A program made the translations under genes and the position numbers. 64,000 bases of DNA from Marsupella aquatica (lineage: Eukaryota; Plantae; Marchantiophyta): positions 12,212,771-12,276,770 of the forward strand of contig OZ316891.1 in the NCBI GenBank assembly GCA_973895155.1. Reading direction: 5' to 3'. Positions 12,781 to 26,800 of this stretch are shown piece by piece. Positions within the stretch are counted from its first letter, which is position 1; the number at the start of each line of letters is the position of its first letter. The notes below the pieces were generated by a model. That model was not told the origin of the DNA. It was given only the letters and a program-made list of their open reading frames with translations, and ran no database searches.

Positions 12781-14870
12781 GAAGTAACCGCGGAACGTGC
12801 TTGCATGGGACCGTAGTTAGTGGGGGCAGTGGCCGGGACGAAGCCGTGGTACCGTCGGCGAGCTACAGTCGCCAGGAACAAAGCCAGCTACAGCTGTAGC
12901 TGTGAAGTGTGCGTGTTTGTTTTTCGTTACGGTACTGAACCGAACTGTGTGTTGTACAAGGAGAGGGACAGTCGGCCAGTCCCCTGTTAGCGCTTTTTGC
13001 TCGTACATTTGTAATACGGAAGACGAGCTGGGGCGTTGGGCTGTCACTGGCTGCCTCCCTGCAATGCTCTTGACTCTGTGGAGGGAAACGACATTGCAGG
13101 GTGGACAGATTCGTAAAATGCCGGAGGGTGGGATAGAGGCAAAGGAGGGAAGGAGGAGAGAGGTGCGGGAAGTGTGAACGCTGGTGGGTTGCAGGGTTGG
13201 TGTCTCGGTGACGGGGTGATGGTGGTCAGGGCGAATCATTTTCTGTTCGGATTTTTTTCTGCCCGCAGGCAGGGAGCAGGGAGCAGGGAGGCAGAGTGGG
13301 TGTCTCCAGGACGGTGGCCTTCATGGTCTCTACTTGCATCCGGTTGGTGCTCCGTTGTGTAGCGGAGCTTGCGGAGGTCGAAGAAATCAGTTCGACTGAT
13401 ATGGATTGGGCACAGAATATTCTATGACGTCTAGGCTGCCAGCAAACGAGGAGGCAGTGGAAACTCTTGTATGAGTGTTGTGGAGTGCAATGGAGTGGAG
13501 TGTACGTCGGGTGATCGGGAGGGACCACAGGTTGGCTGTGCTATATAGTAAGACAGGAGCTCAGTAACAAGTCTAGCGGATTATGAACAATGAAACAGCA
13601 GAAATGGCGAAGATGAAGACGGTGTTTGAGATCGGTGTATTATTAGGTTCTCTCGATGGATAGCAGTGGAGCATACCCGACGTGATTAGCGGTGAAGTCA
13701 TTTTAGCCAATGCGCATGTCTGTAGAACGGGGTGGAAGAGGGTAGCACGCAAGCGTAGGCACGAATGAGGAGACGCATTGGTACTTCTTTTGCTTCACTG
13801 GACATTAGAAGCTGTGTTTCGCATTTCGCGCACTGTCGTCTCGTTATGTTCAGTATAACAGGACACTGAAATGTGTGGTCAGCTGATGCATCTCGTGAGA
13901 AGAGGCGACAGATTCGAGGAAACACTGCTTCATAGGGAATGCGATCAGAGACGACCTTCGCCTACATTTGTTCCCCGGGTACATATTCAAGAGAAAACTA
14001 GAGCACGCTGTTGAGTCAGGATTTGAACGGACCGACGTCAATGGAATATATAGTAACGACGTTCGCCTGGCCGGGCGAGGAATTTGGATAGTCTGGTCTC
14101 AGTTATCATTGATTAGATCTAGGGAGCCGCATTTATTTGACAGGGTAATCACACAACACAGTGGAGCGTCATGGAGCAATTATTGGGAAAGACAGCATTG
14201 AGGATGTCAATTTGGCAATAAATGAGACTGATTCGCGGTTCAAGGTCAGTCAAGGCCAGTATCTAGGTTATGATGCGGACATAATGGACCCTCTTTATCA
14301 AGATCAAGAATAGAGTATCCTTCTCGGGCGAATAAAATGTCTTAAAGGGTTCGTTAGATGCATTGTACTCTAAAGACTTGCACCTCTCGGCCTCGAAGGT
14401 CTACAATGCCTACCTGGCGGCCCTGACTCTTGACTGGAGGAATGTAGGCTGTCACAGGGGGGATCCTGTAGTACAGTGGAATATGTAAACAATAGTGGTC
14501 CGAAGAATGAAGTCAACGGAAGGTCAGCGAGCGGGAAGAAGGGGAAGAGAGTTTGGTAGGGGAAAGGAGCTTCGAGGGCGACGAGGCTCATAGGACCTCC
14601 GAGCTGTGGAAAAAGTAGAAAGAGCAGGGCGGACAACCTTTCAACTAGACGGTCACGTAATCATAGGTGAGATGGCCTTTGACTTCGCTTAGCCGAAACA
14701 ATCGTTCTGCCAGGACAACTGGGGACTCGAGAGTTAGCAGGGTCTAGGTGGACATCGTTCGTCGTTTGGTGAGGTTCGTGATATTGTGTCGGCCTTGCTA
14801 CGGAAGTCCAGTGGATCTGGAAGGTATAACGGAAAAATTTATATGTGGCCAATTAATTGTCCTGCAGGCC

Positions 14871-17800
14871 ATGGCGGATCAACCCGCCAATGGACATCGG
14901 TTCAGGCGCTTGCTGCATTGTCCCTCCGTTGCATCCGACTTAGACCCAACGGTATTTTTCTACTACATGCTTGTCTGCTCCGCTTTCTCTATTGCTGGAG
15001 TCTTTGTTTCTTCTACTCTTTCCCTTCGCTTCTGGCCTTGTGCTCTATAAGCTGTTCTTATTAATTTCCAGAGATTTCGGTATTCTTTGACGCACTTCCT
15101 GCTTGTCTGTCTATGATTGCTTGTGTTCGTCAATTTTAATTCATTTCCGTGAGCTGATCATACTACTCCCGTTACACCGTTCCAAGCTCTTAGAGATTAA
15201 TTCCTCCCTGGCCAAGTATGTCTGACGGTTATGGGGACAGAAAGCCAGGTGACGCAGATGCTGTTATTAACATAAACCCCTGTATCATGGAAGTAGTCGA
15301 CGTTAATTGCCCCTTTTGCACGTCATATAAAACGCTTATTACTTTTCATCTTCTGGTTCGTTACCGCTTTGTGGCTAGTGCACTAAGATACGTTGACCTT
15401 TCCATTTCATGATACTCTTGACTGATTTTTTCCTTTTACACAATGCATTGGTTCATTTGAGCGTGGAATCTTTGTTTGCAGCTTAATGGCAAGTTGGAGC
15501 AATGGCCACATTTGAAAGAGCTAGTCCTACTTCACAAGTCTGATTGGGTTAAGGATGAAAGCAAGTATGGCCATTATGAGAGCATCCCGCCCCCTTTATT
15601 TGATCAGCAGACATATGAAGGGCCTGACACGGATGCAGAGACAGGTATGGACATATCTGACTGTACAGAAACATTTGCTGGCCAGTAAATTTCGAAGACT
15701 TTTCCCATGGAGTTCTATATTTAACTGACGTAATCCACATAATTCTGCCAGAGTTGCGACTAGCCAATCAAAGACGTGGCAGGAATTTGAACGGAGAAGA
15801 AGATCCTTCTACATCAGGCAGATCTTACATCTCGAATGATAATGAAAGCTTTAATGAGAAAAGACTCCAAAAGGTATGTCATTCTCACACTGCTCTTCTT
15901 AAAGTTTGTTATCTTGCGGAAGCCCTCGCGTGCCAATTGCAATTGATAACTACACGTCCAGCTTTTCAAGTTCTTCGAATCTAACACGGTTAAGAGCATT
16001 TGAGAGGATAGTTTAGGGATATGCTATCGCCGTGGAACTCAATATAGATTCTGATGATTGTCTCAGAAGCTATGTGGTCTTGCTCATCAACTTTCTTGGG
16101 TGCAGCATTTAGGTCCAGCTCCTTTACCAGGATATGATCCTATATTTAACTGGAACACTCAGAGGTCAGCTATATATGGGCAACGGATACCTGTACTACC
16201 TGCGGGGTTTCCTGTGAGGTAATTTCTTTCTAGATTGTTGTCCCTGGCCCTCTTCGTTGTCAAGAGATGCAAAATATAATGACAGTCCTGTTTATTTGTT
16301 GTTTATTGTGGTTTTGTTTAGTTGAAAGTATTGGTTGGAGAAAGCGGTAGTGAAGCATTGCTCTGTCCATGTCTCTCTTGCTCTGAATGGGTAACTTTTG
16401 TGCAGTGGGCTCAAGCTCTCGGTGAAGGTTTTGTCCCTTAACTTCCAAGCAGGCCTTGTTGGTAAGCTCCAACCATCAGGACTACTTCGTCATATTTTGC
16501 TAACAGCAGTAGGGCAGGGAAGAGATATTTTAATCTAGATGATCCTCCCAAGAGACCTACGGCGAAATTTTGAGTTTTTTGAATTGATTCCTATATCTAG
16601 GTCACGTCCGTGAAGGTTTTTAAAACTCGCCGTTAATCATGTTTATATATATATAGTGGGGTTTCTGTGGGATTGCTATATTGTGCTAAACACGTATATC
16701 CATTATTGGTGCAGATGTGTATTGGGTCTTCAAATAATTTTTCATACATTTTTTTCCTTTAAGTACGAGTTTACTTTAACACTCGAGAGTATGTTAATCA
16801 TATACTCTCACCAGAATAAGATAGTTGGACAGAGGACATGGTTGAATATTGTTGGTCAGGCGTCGTGGCATTCCCAGTTTTCCATCTCACTCGGAATAAG
16901 CTGAAGGTCTGATGGACCTTCAGAATCGTCCACGGAATCAAGTTTGCCATACATATCTCAAGTGCATTAACTGAAAATGTGCCCTGCAGAGCCCATATAC
17001 GGTACTATATGTCTATATCACCGTGAACGACGAGAGAAGCTATCAGAAGACTACCATTTTAACTTTTTTCCACCGGAGTTTCAGGAGGTGAGTAGCCAAC
17101 TCTTCCTGTTTCATGCTCTAAACTCCCTGCGTTATGTTTTGAAGTCTAGTGTTTAGCATATACGCATGAGGTTCCCTGCTAGGGGTGTAATTGATTCAAG
17201 GATGACATGGTTGTCATAATGATCTAACAATGATCACACGCAACTCCGGAGATTAAGATGGTAGGAATGAAGGCAGTATCCCATGTGGTATCTGCTGAGC
17301 TAGGTATCTGTGTTTGTATTTTCCAAATTCGAACTGTCCAGAGAGACGAGATTAAAATCCCCACCTTGACGAAAATTGCAGGCAGGGGCAGCTGGGCACA
17401 AGCGTGCAGTTTTTGCTGTGGATTCTCCAACAGTTGCCGTCTGTTTACTTATTCAGCTTGAGAAACATACAACAGAGGAAGGTGGTGTAACACCTTCTGT
17501 TTATTCTCGCAAGGAGCCTGTAAGTTGGACGACTGTTAGCACTCTAATTGTTGATCGCATTAAAGTCGAAATGCTTGTGTTGTTCTCTGACTGTTTGCAT
17601 TTTAGTAGCGGCCGTTTTGAAAATATGCGTGAAAATAGATCGAAGGTTTGACTCAGGCTGTTGTTGGATTATATTGGCGCTCGCCTTGTCTGCTAATTGA
17701 ACCGCTGGTGCAAATTCTTTAGTTGCAGTAAGAGTTTGTCCATTCTCTGGGCATTGGCTGCTGTACGTTGGGCAGGTCCGGCAGTCATACCAGATCTGCA

Positions 17801-20800
17801 AGTGCAACATCTCTAGAGATACATTCTTGGCTATGCATGTTTGGGAAATCCGATAAAACTATTCAGTTGTAATGCCTTATCCGCTAGTCGGCGCTGCTCT
17901 ACATGTTAAGTTCCGTGCATGTTTACTACAGGTTCATTTGACAGAAAGGGAGAAACAGAAACTTCAAGTATGGGCAAGAGTAATGCCTTACAAGGAACCG
18001 TTTGCCTGGGCAGCTGTTCCACTATTTGATATGAGTAATCATGGAGTTGGTGGATTCCCGTCTCCTAGCAGTCCTCTTTCCTCAGGATTACTGCATAACA
18101 ATTTGATAGAAGGTGTTGACATCGACAGTGGTAGGTCAGAGCATAGCAAACATGGCCATGACTCAAGCAGTGGACCTGTCCTGGTGGATATACCCGGGCT
18201 AAATCGAGTCAAGGAATGCTACAATGAGGAGTCGTTACAGGTAAGATTGATTTTAATTTTCGGTAAATTAAAGTAGGAAAAGTTTATCACATTGTTCTGT
18301 ATTTACTAAACGTCAGAAGATAATCGAAAGCCGAGCAAATTTGGAAGTATTGATGAACTCGGAAATACACAAACATCTGCACCCAGCATGTCGTGCTAGG
18401 AGGTAGGCCAAGATGATTGACCACAATGTGAAGCTGAAGACTGCGAAGACGGTGTCCTAAGTGAGAGAGAAGTGTGAAAGATGCTGCTAGAGTACCTGGG
18501 AAAATCAAGATAGTGTATGGGCACCCTGTCAATGTCTATCTTTGTTTTGCAGGATCCCAAACGGAAAGTACACAAGCCAGTGAAGGCTACATTGCGGCTG
18601 GAGGTGGAGCGGATATTTCCTGAAGATAGTGACGTGGATGCATTTTCAGAAACAAGCAGTCTGAGCAATGGATCTGCCGGTGACGGTGAAGGGCGTCTAG
18701 GCGAAACATCACAGAGAAGTTCTGGCAAGCTAGGAAGAACAGTGTTCAACGGACGTCCAAAGTGGACGGCTTCTGATCGTAATGATAGTGGCAAACACAG
18801 GTTCACTAACTTTCCAACTGGGAGTAGCAGTCCTGATCATGGATCATCAGATGTACGTTATTGTTCTCATCTCAAATCAATACAATTCTCGAACTCTTCG
18901 AAGTCAAGTTGTGTTGTAGAAGTCAATGTCTAAGATGATCTCTGGTTTGTGCCCCGTTCTTTTCCTTGGACTGCTGAAGTTCGTTTCTGCGTTGTTTTCA
19001 AACTCTTCTTCCTTCTTTTCATTGTAAGTTATCCTTTCGGTTTAAATTGAGTTTCGTGCTTGTTAATTCTGGTGAATCACTTATGGTTGGCAGCTGTAGT
19101 ACTAAATATTGATATCCTGCGAACTGTTGACAATATGCAGTTCCGAGCTTTGGAGTTTCGTGCGTTGACAAAGAATGAGCCGTTTTCTCAACTGTTGCAC
19201 TGTCTCTACGTGTACCCACTGGCCGTTAGCCAAAGCAGAAAGCGCAACCTCTTCATTCGTATGGAGCTCCGGAAAGATGATGTTGATGTTCGCAATACTG
19301 CTTTAGAAGTAAGACCTTATCTAACTTACAAAGAAAGTTCAATAAAGAGTGAAGCTCTAAGCCAGTCTCTTCTTCGTAGTTCCAGCAAGATTGTTTCAAA
19401 ACCTCTGTGTTACCCATTTGTATCCAATTTTTTTCAAATCAGGTCGATCATTGTTTTCAACTACTGGACAAAGGAATCACGACAAGGCGGCTTTCATGTA
19501 GTGCGGTAGTAGATAATTTCGACCCTCTAATTGAATTTTTTTGAACTCATCTCAAACAGTATTGACTTTGCTATTCGTACAGGCACTGTATTCAAGAGAT
19601 GGCAACCATCGGATAGAGAAGTATGGCCATACTCAAGTAGCTGTGAATGCACGGACAGCCTATTACCACGATGAATTCAAAGTGCGGCTGCCTGCTACTC
19701 TCACTCCTCATCATCACCTTGTCTTCACTTTCTTCCATGTAGATCTTCAAATGAAGCTCGAGGCACCAAAGCCGGTATGTCTGCAATACATTCCCGTGTG
19801 TGGCCCCGAATATTTTTTCACCGCACTACACCAAAGCCATGTGTTGTGTCTGAAAGGATGGTGCATTAGGTTCTAAATGTGTTGATCTTACACACAAGAC
19901 ATTTGGCATTAGTGTCTGATTGTAATTGTGCGCCTTGGATTGTCTTGCAGGTAGTGATTGGATACTCTGTTCTACCATTGTCAACAGGAGCGCAGTAAGT
20001 TTAATTATTGACTTTTCCTTTCGCCTGCATGAAATTGACTCACGCTATGCGGTTTTATTTGCTAACAACCTGTACATCCAAGTTTACCTAAATATGAGTC
20101 TACTCTGCACGTGTTTGGCTTTGTTAAAGTAAGGAACTTGAGTTCTCATGTGACTTATAGTCTTGGAATGTCATAGGGCTTTCCTTCCTTGTAGCTTGCA
20201 GTTTAAGTTCTATCCCAAAGCTCCTCTTAATTACGAGTTTAAAGTTCAGCTGTTAGGCAATGCCGAACACATCCATTTATGCTCATGGCATTGTCTTATG
20301 TTGCAGAGTTTTGAGATCAGATGGAAGCCTCCCTATCATGAGAGATTTGCTTCCTCATTATTTACAAGACGCTGTCAAGGTGCGTACATAAATCAATGAG
20401 TCCTCCCTTTTATATCCAGTTTTTGTACGAGTGTTGCCAGAGTGAACTGTAGTGAAGATTACAATACGAGTGTTGACTGACCTTATCCTTGATTCGCTAT
20501 CGCGTGCAGGAAAGGATGGAATATTTAGAAGATGGGAAGGCTGTTTTCAGATTGCGGCTGCGGTTATGCTCATCCTTGTATCCTGTCAATGAGAGGATTC
20601 GTGATTTTTTCACAGAATATGACCGTCACATTCTCAGGACAAGCCCTCCTTGGGGATCTGAACTTCTGGAGGTAGGGTCTGATCATGTGTTCGTCATTGT
20701 ATGTCATTAATTGTAGACCTTGTTACACTAATTATGGAGTAAGAAGAGACGATACTATTTAACGCGTTGTGAATCTGTCTTGCCATACGCCTCTCACCCT

Positions 20801-23800
20801 GGATGAACAGCTCTAAGGCAAGCATCCACTCTGTGTAGTATTGAGTACTGGATCACGCCGAATTCGCTCAATCCAAGAAGTGAAAATTGCAATATATGTT
20901 ATTGGATATTTGATATCCTGTGTTAAGGCCTTTTCAGTGTATATTTCCATTCTTCTTGGATTTTGAAGTGTTTCTAGAAGGCAACATAATTCCTTGCTGT
21001 GCAATAATGAAAATTCCCTGCCTTGTGTTGTTCCCAAAGGCTATCAACAGTCTGAAGAACGTCGAATCAACTGCAATGCTACAGTTTTTGCAACCTATTT
21101 TAAATATGCTCCTGCGAATGATTGGTGACGGCGGTGAAACTCTACAGGTTGCCTTCCTATTTCTATCTTGTGATGCTGGAGTCTTAGCTAGCACTCATAA
21201 TTAGAATGATGTCATTGAATGTGGACTGCACGTTTTGTGCCGAGATTCACCAAGGAATGAAAGCTACGGGCAAAATAGTTCAGTGAGTTCTTCTGTAGAC
21301 AGAGTATGTGACGGATGGTTTTACAGGCAATCGGAAGTATGTTTTTTATCAAGTTGTCTTTCCCCGTCGAATGGTTGTTTATATTCTATTCAATGTACTC
21401 CAGAAAGAGTTTGTTGAGCAGGCGCCTTGTTGTTTCTGCAGAAAGTTAGTTCTGTTATTCTGTTGGCTTATGTAGGTAATTTATGAATGTAATCTCTTTG
21501 TGCAAAGAAATCCTATCTGGTCTTGGATTCACATTAGAAAAACTTAATTGTTTTGTGCCTTGTGTATCTGATTTTCATTTTTGTAAGTCCACAGGTTGCG
21601 TCATTTCGAGCAATGGTCAACATCTTGATAAGGTACAGAACTGGGGACAGGATTTGATGCACTGTTGAAATCTGTGGCATCTATTATGTATCTGCGCTCT
21701 GGTTGGATGGTTTATTATAGTGTAAGGAGCTGATGTCAAAATGGAGGGAAGAAGTAAATTGATGGTTGAGGAAGTGGAAAGTGGGAAGGAGGGCGTAAGA
21801 GGGATAGCCTGAACGGGCAGGGGTTTTTGTGTTCACACAACTTCCGGGAGCTAGTTTAGTCATTTTGTCTTCTGGTGTTGTCCTAACCGTGTCCATTTGC
21901 TAAAGGTCTAGGTTACCTTTCATCTTTAACCTTGATTTAGGATCGACAGTCAAATTCAATGCGCTGCCTTAGTGGAATGCCCGTTATTAAGAATTCAGTG
22001 TACAACGATTTTTACTTTATTCCTGTCGGTCTTCCAGGGTACAGCAAGAATCTTCCAATGGGGCGGATCGGAACCCGTTCCTAGTTCAGTATGTGGATTA
22101 CTGTTTTGACGACTTGGGTGGTCGGCTAGATCCAGTTTATCCAGGACTTTGCAATGTGTGGAGAAGCTTGGCTAGAAGCAAGGTGAGGAGCAAAAGTTTG
22201 TGCTTCCTTCTTGCAAATGAGACAATGTATTGTTAACATTCACTGAATGTTGGACGTTTGTGGGCCTAGGCTCACCAAATTTACTTTCTAAATGCAATGA
22301 GCTATCCTCTCAAATTGCGAACGTTAAATTATATATGCAGGGTGGTCGACAGATTGAGCTCTATGACCTTTTACGCCCAATTTTTTCGTGACTTAACCTG
22401 CTTTTTATGAAGGATAGAGAGCAAAATTGTATTATTTGCTCTCATTAGAAGTGAGCTTCCTTTGTGTATAGTTTTATCATAATTCCGGTCTCCTTGCCAC
22501 CTTGCGATTTTTGACCCTTTTCCCTCTGGGAATCAGCTGATGTTGAAAATGAATGCAAATTAAATGCCTCGTATGGGCTGTGCAGAATCTTTTGGTTTCT
22601 TATCTAATGAATCGGTTGGCTGTGGTTCGTCTTGTCACAGGCTAAGGGATACAGGGTAGGACCTGTTTATGATGATGTTTTGTCAATGGCTTGGGTGTTC
22701 CTTGAGTTGATTGTCAAATCAATGGCTCTTGAGCAATCACGAGTTTTTGCGGATACTCTTCTCTTGGGTATTTTTCTCCCCTGGGCCTTGACAAAAGTGA
22801 AGCAATATCTGTAGAAATATGTATGTATGGTCTGGGTGCTTTCCGCATGTATGAATTTTCTTTACGCGATCACCGCGCTAGCTATGGGTCTGGGGCTATG
22901 AATGTGATGGAGAAGATTTTGGATTTGAATTTCTTAGTAGCTCCTTGTGATGGAGGGCATTGTAGTGGCTATCCCGCTCCTATACATGTGTTTGCAAATG
23001 AAACCTCTTCAGTGAAACTCTGAAATAGGATGCTTTGGTCTGGTTCACCACAAGTTTTTAATTGCAAGAAGAATTGAAGAAAGTAGTGAGGGTCGAAAGT
23101 TAAAGTGCAACACTTAAACCTATGTATGTGTGTAAAACGGAACTGTACGGAATAAACAACAATAGCTGTTTGTGCAGGTGAAGATATGCCTCCGATGCAG
23201 CTCAAAGAAGGAGTTTTCAGATGTATATGGCAGTTGTATGACTGCTTGCTCACAGAAGTTCATGAGCGATGCAAGAAGGGACTCACTTTGGCTAGACGCC
23301 TCAACAGTAGTTTGGCCTTCTTCTGCTATGATTTACTATCTGTGGTTGAACCTCGTCAAGTATTTGAGCTGGTGAGTTCACCTGGTAGTGAACTAGATGG
23401 ACCGTTTGCAGCCATCTGGTCTATTTCTTTGCATAATTTGTCACAAAAAATTTGGGAAATGAATGGAGCAGTTTTTGTAACTCAGTAAAGTCTTTACATA
23501 CCAGGCCTCAGTCTCGTGCGCTGGATGTTCAGGTAGCTCTCTACTTCGACAAGTTTACTGGCGTTTGTCAACCAGTCTTGCATGAGTGCAAGCTCACCTT
23601 TCTGCGTATCATCTGTGACCATGACTTGTTTGTTGAGATGCCTGGTCGGGAACCTTCAGAAAGGTAAAACGATTACGCGATCGTCCATGCGCTTGTTACC
23701 AAACCACTTGCCCTTCTATCTCTGGTGGTTTTCTTGCTTTTTCATCGCAAGTGCGGAAGACATAGATCAGTTTCTGTGCACTCATCGCCTGTCTGTTTAT

Positions 23801-26800
23801 TTGTTTCTATTCTTGCGATCTAGATAACTTCTCACTTGTTTGGTCTTGTCGAGGGAAATATCTGAATCAAAGTCACTCAATACAAGCCCCCCTGCTCTGT
23901 ACTAAGAAAGAATGTTCCTTCAATTATGTGGAAATGGAACAGGAATTATCTGGCATCTGTTTTAATGCAAGAACTGTTCCTTACCTGGGATCACGAAGAT
24001 TTAGCACAAAGGGGGAAGGTATTGTCCCTTTAATTCCTTGACAGCTTAACGTTCTTGCTAGCTGGTCTACTGTTCCGTTCCCCCATACAGCTCAATGATC
24101 TTGTTTGTTTGATTGTGAATGAAGTTTAGGTTGCCAATTCTAGCTCCTCCTGGCTTCTCTTTTAAGCAGAGCTGTTCGATTTCTTTGTTTATGTATCCTG
24201 GGAACTTGGCAATCGCAAAGGTTTCGTTTTTTTTCTTCTTTTTCATTTAATAGACAGGCCCCTTCGAGTTGTGACTAATTTCGGTATGTGGCGGCTTGTA
24301 AAGGCTGCACGAATCTTGGTCGTGCTTATGTGTAAGCATGAGTACGATTCTCGGTATCAAAAGCTTGAGGACAAGCTCTACATTGCACAGCTCTACTTTC
24401 CTCTGATTGGTCTTGTACGTTTCTCATCTTTCTATATTTTCAGATACTGAGCATGCAAGGTCTTTTTGTCTAAAACTGCATGTCTGTAATAGTTTCAGTA
24501 AAGCTCAGTTGTAGTAATAAACACTTTTCTTAGAAGTCCATCTTCAGCTAGTGGAGGACAGCTTTCCCGCTCACCTTTTTGAGGCTTGACGGCATTGCAA
24601 AACTCAAACGAAGTTTTGTTGTTCTCTGGTTGATGTGATGTAGGTGAAGACTAATGCTTTTCTAGATAACAAGTGTAATTTTTAGATGCGTGTACCCGAA
24701 TCTTGAGCTGGAACCCGTAGAAAAAGTGTCTTCGTTAATTGAAAGACTTAATTTTTAGCTTACATGAACTAGTACAATGTAGGGCTTTTTTGCCAGAATT
24801 TTTCTGTGGGCTCTTCTCAGTATAGTCTTGCGATGTTTTCACCTGAAATGCCACCTTATAAAACTAGCAGAACTTCTGTACCCTGCTGCAGAATGAATAC
24901 TTTCTTAGGAACTTTCTACTGTTTGCTATATCTTTAATGCTGGATTTAATATAATGCAGATCTTGGATGAGATGCCAGTCTTCTACAATCTTGGTGCCAC
25001 AGAGAAGAGGGAGGTGTTGGTGTGCGTCATGCAAGTAGTTCGGCATTTAGACGACGCCTCTCTTGTTAAGGCGTGGCAGCATAGTGTTCCCCGTACACGG
25101 CTTTTCTTCAAGCTCCTTGAAGAATGCCTTGCTCTGTTTGAGGTTGGTGAGAGTACTCTTTAGTACTATTCCTCCCTGAACCTTTTGTTGCAATTACCCG
25201 TCAGGATGTTTGAAATCGACGATAGAGGCATAATATATTTCTACAGGCGCCGCAAGGTTCTCAGTGGTGTTTCTCCTTTATGAATTGCTTTTATCGTTCG
25301 ATAGGCCCGTCGAGACTTCTGTCTGCTCCAGGCGTGCAAGAGGCACTTAAAGTCGGGATTGGAGCTTGAACATAGTATATTCAACAAGACGGAGACCGTA
25401 AATTGTTCCACAGACAATGACCACACTTTGATCAATTGGACGTTTTACACATTAGAGGAGAAGTTTTACACATTACGAGGAGAGCAGCACTAATTGACTT
25501 TGAATGACTCAGTTCACGCTGTCTACTTTTGTATCGGCTAGACCAGCTCATTCTTGATTGACTCTTTTCTGATCTCACCTGATATCTTGAAAAACTCCAC
25601 GTGGATGCAGCATAAAAAGGCTTCGATTGATGGCATGGGAATTGGGGGAATGCCGCCCCCGCCTCCTCCAGAGGAAAGTGAGAATACATACTCTCCTAGA
25701 TATTCGGACAAATTGTCTCCGTCAATTCATGGATACTTCTCAGATGCGTCCAGACCTGATAACAGAGTAAGTTTACCTTCCACAAGTGTTAGCTGGCTGG
25801 CTTCTTTCACTATTTGGTTTTCAGGTTTTCGGAATCTGGGGATCATGTCAAAGAATTAACTTGTTCCAGAGCTTTACCCCATTGCAATCTTTCTGGACGA
25901 TCACCATGTTCCTTACCGACTAGAATTTCCTTTGTAGCACATGGATGTAAAACACTCGACCGTAAGTAATAGACTAGCGCGTGTTGAGAGCTGTTCCTAA
26001 TAAAGAACCTTGTGCCTGTAGAGGCCATGTTTCTCATCATAAGTGACGAGTGCTGGATTTTCTACCTTACCGTCCCTGTCCTGATTTATAACTTTGTGTC
26101 CAGTGTTGTTTGCTCACGTGAGGAGGATGGGGATCTATTTGAAATGTTTCAGCCCTGGGCTTTAGATGTTTGTTGATCGTGGACTACATTGGGATGTCTA
26201 TTTATCCATTGGATGTCACGCGTCTTGCAGCCTCAGGTGACGCCAGATAGTGGCTATTTGTGGAAGAAGTTAAGTCCACAGGTGAATTCTCCGGGTCAAC
26301 CGTACTCACTGAGGGAGGCATTGTCCCAGCCATCGTCAAGAAGGATAGCTTCAGATAAAGCAATGCGGGAAGGTCTACACCCACTGTTACGTCAGAAATT
26401 GGTGTGTCATCTGGGCATACTGAATTACTGTTGTTGTTCGGACGTTATGGAAGAAAACTTCCTCCATGCACAGCATTGGATTGGGGAAGCTCAGCATATT
26501 TGCTTTCAATTGGTGTAAGTGATAATCTGAATTCTGCATGTCGTCATTTGCGCAGGAACTTTGGGAGGATAATCTAAGTGCGTCTGTAAGCTTACAGGTC
26601 CTAGAGATCTGTGAAAATTTTGTGGATGCAGCTGCACAAAATTCCATTGCCACTGATTATCAGAAACTTGATTGCTTAACTGCTCTCTTCACTGGATTTC
26701 TGTCCCGGAGTCAATCTCTGTCGTTTTGGAAAGCGTTCCTGCCAGTTTTTAACAACCTCTTTCATTCCCACGGTGCGATTTTGATGGGTCGGGAAAATGA

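Noticed and set aside
17666-17690. miR171-like ATATTGGCGC sequence in an SPK1 intron
   Set aside because: Only about 10 nt match and no hairpin partner.
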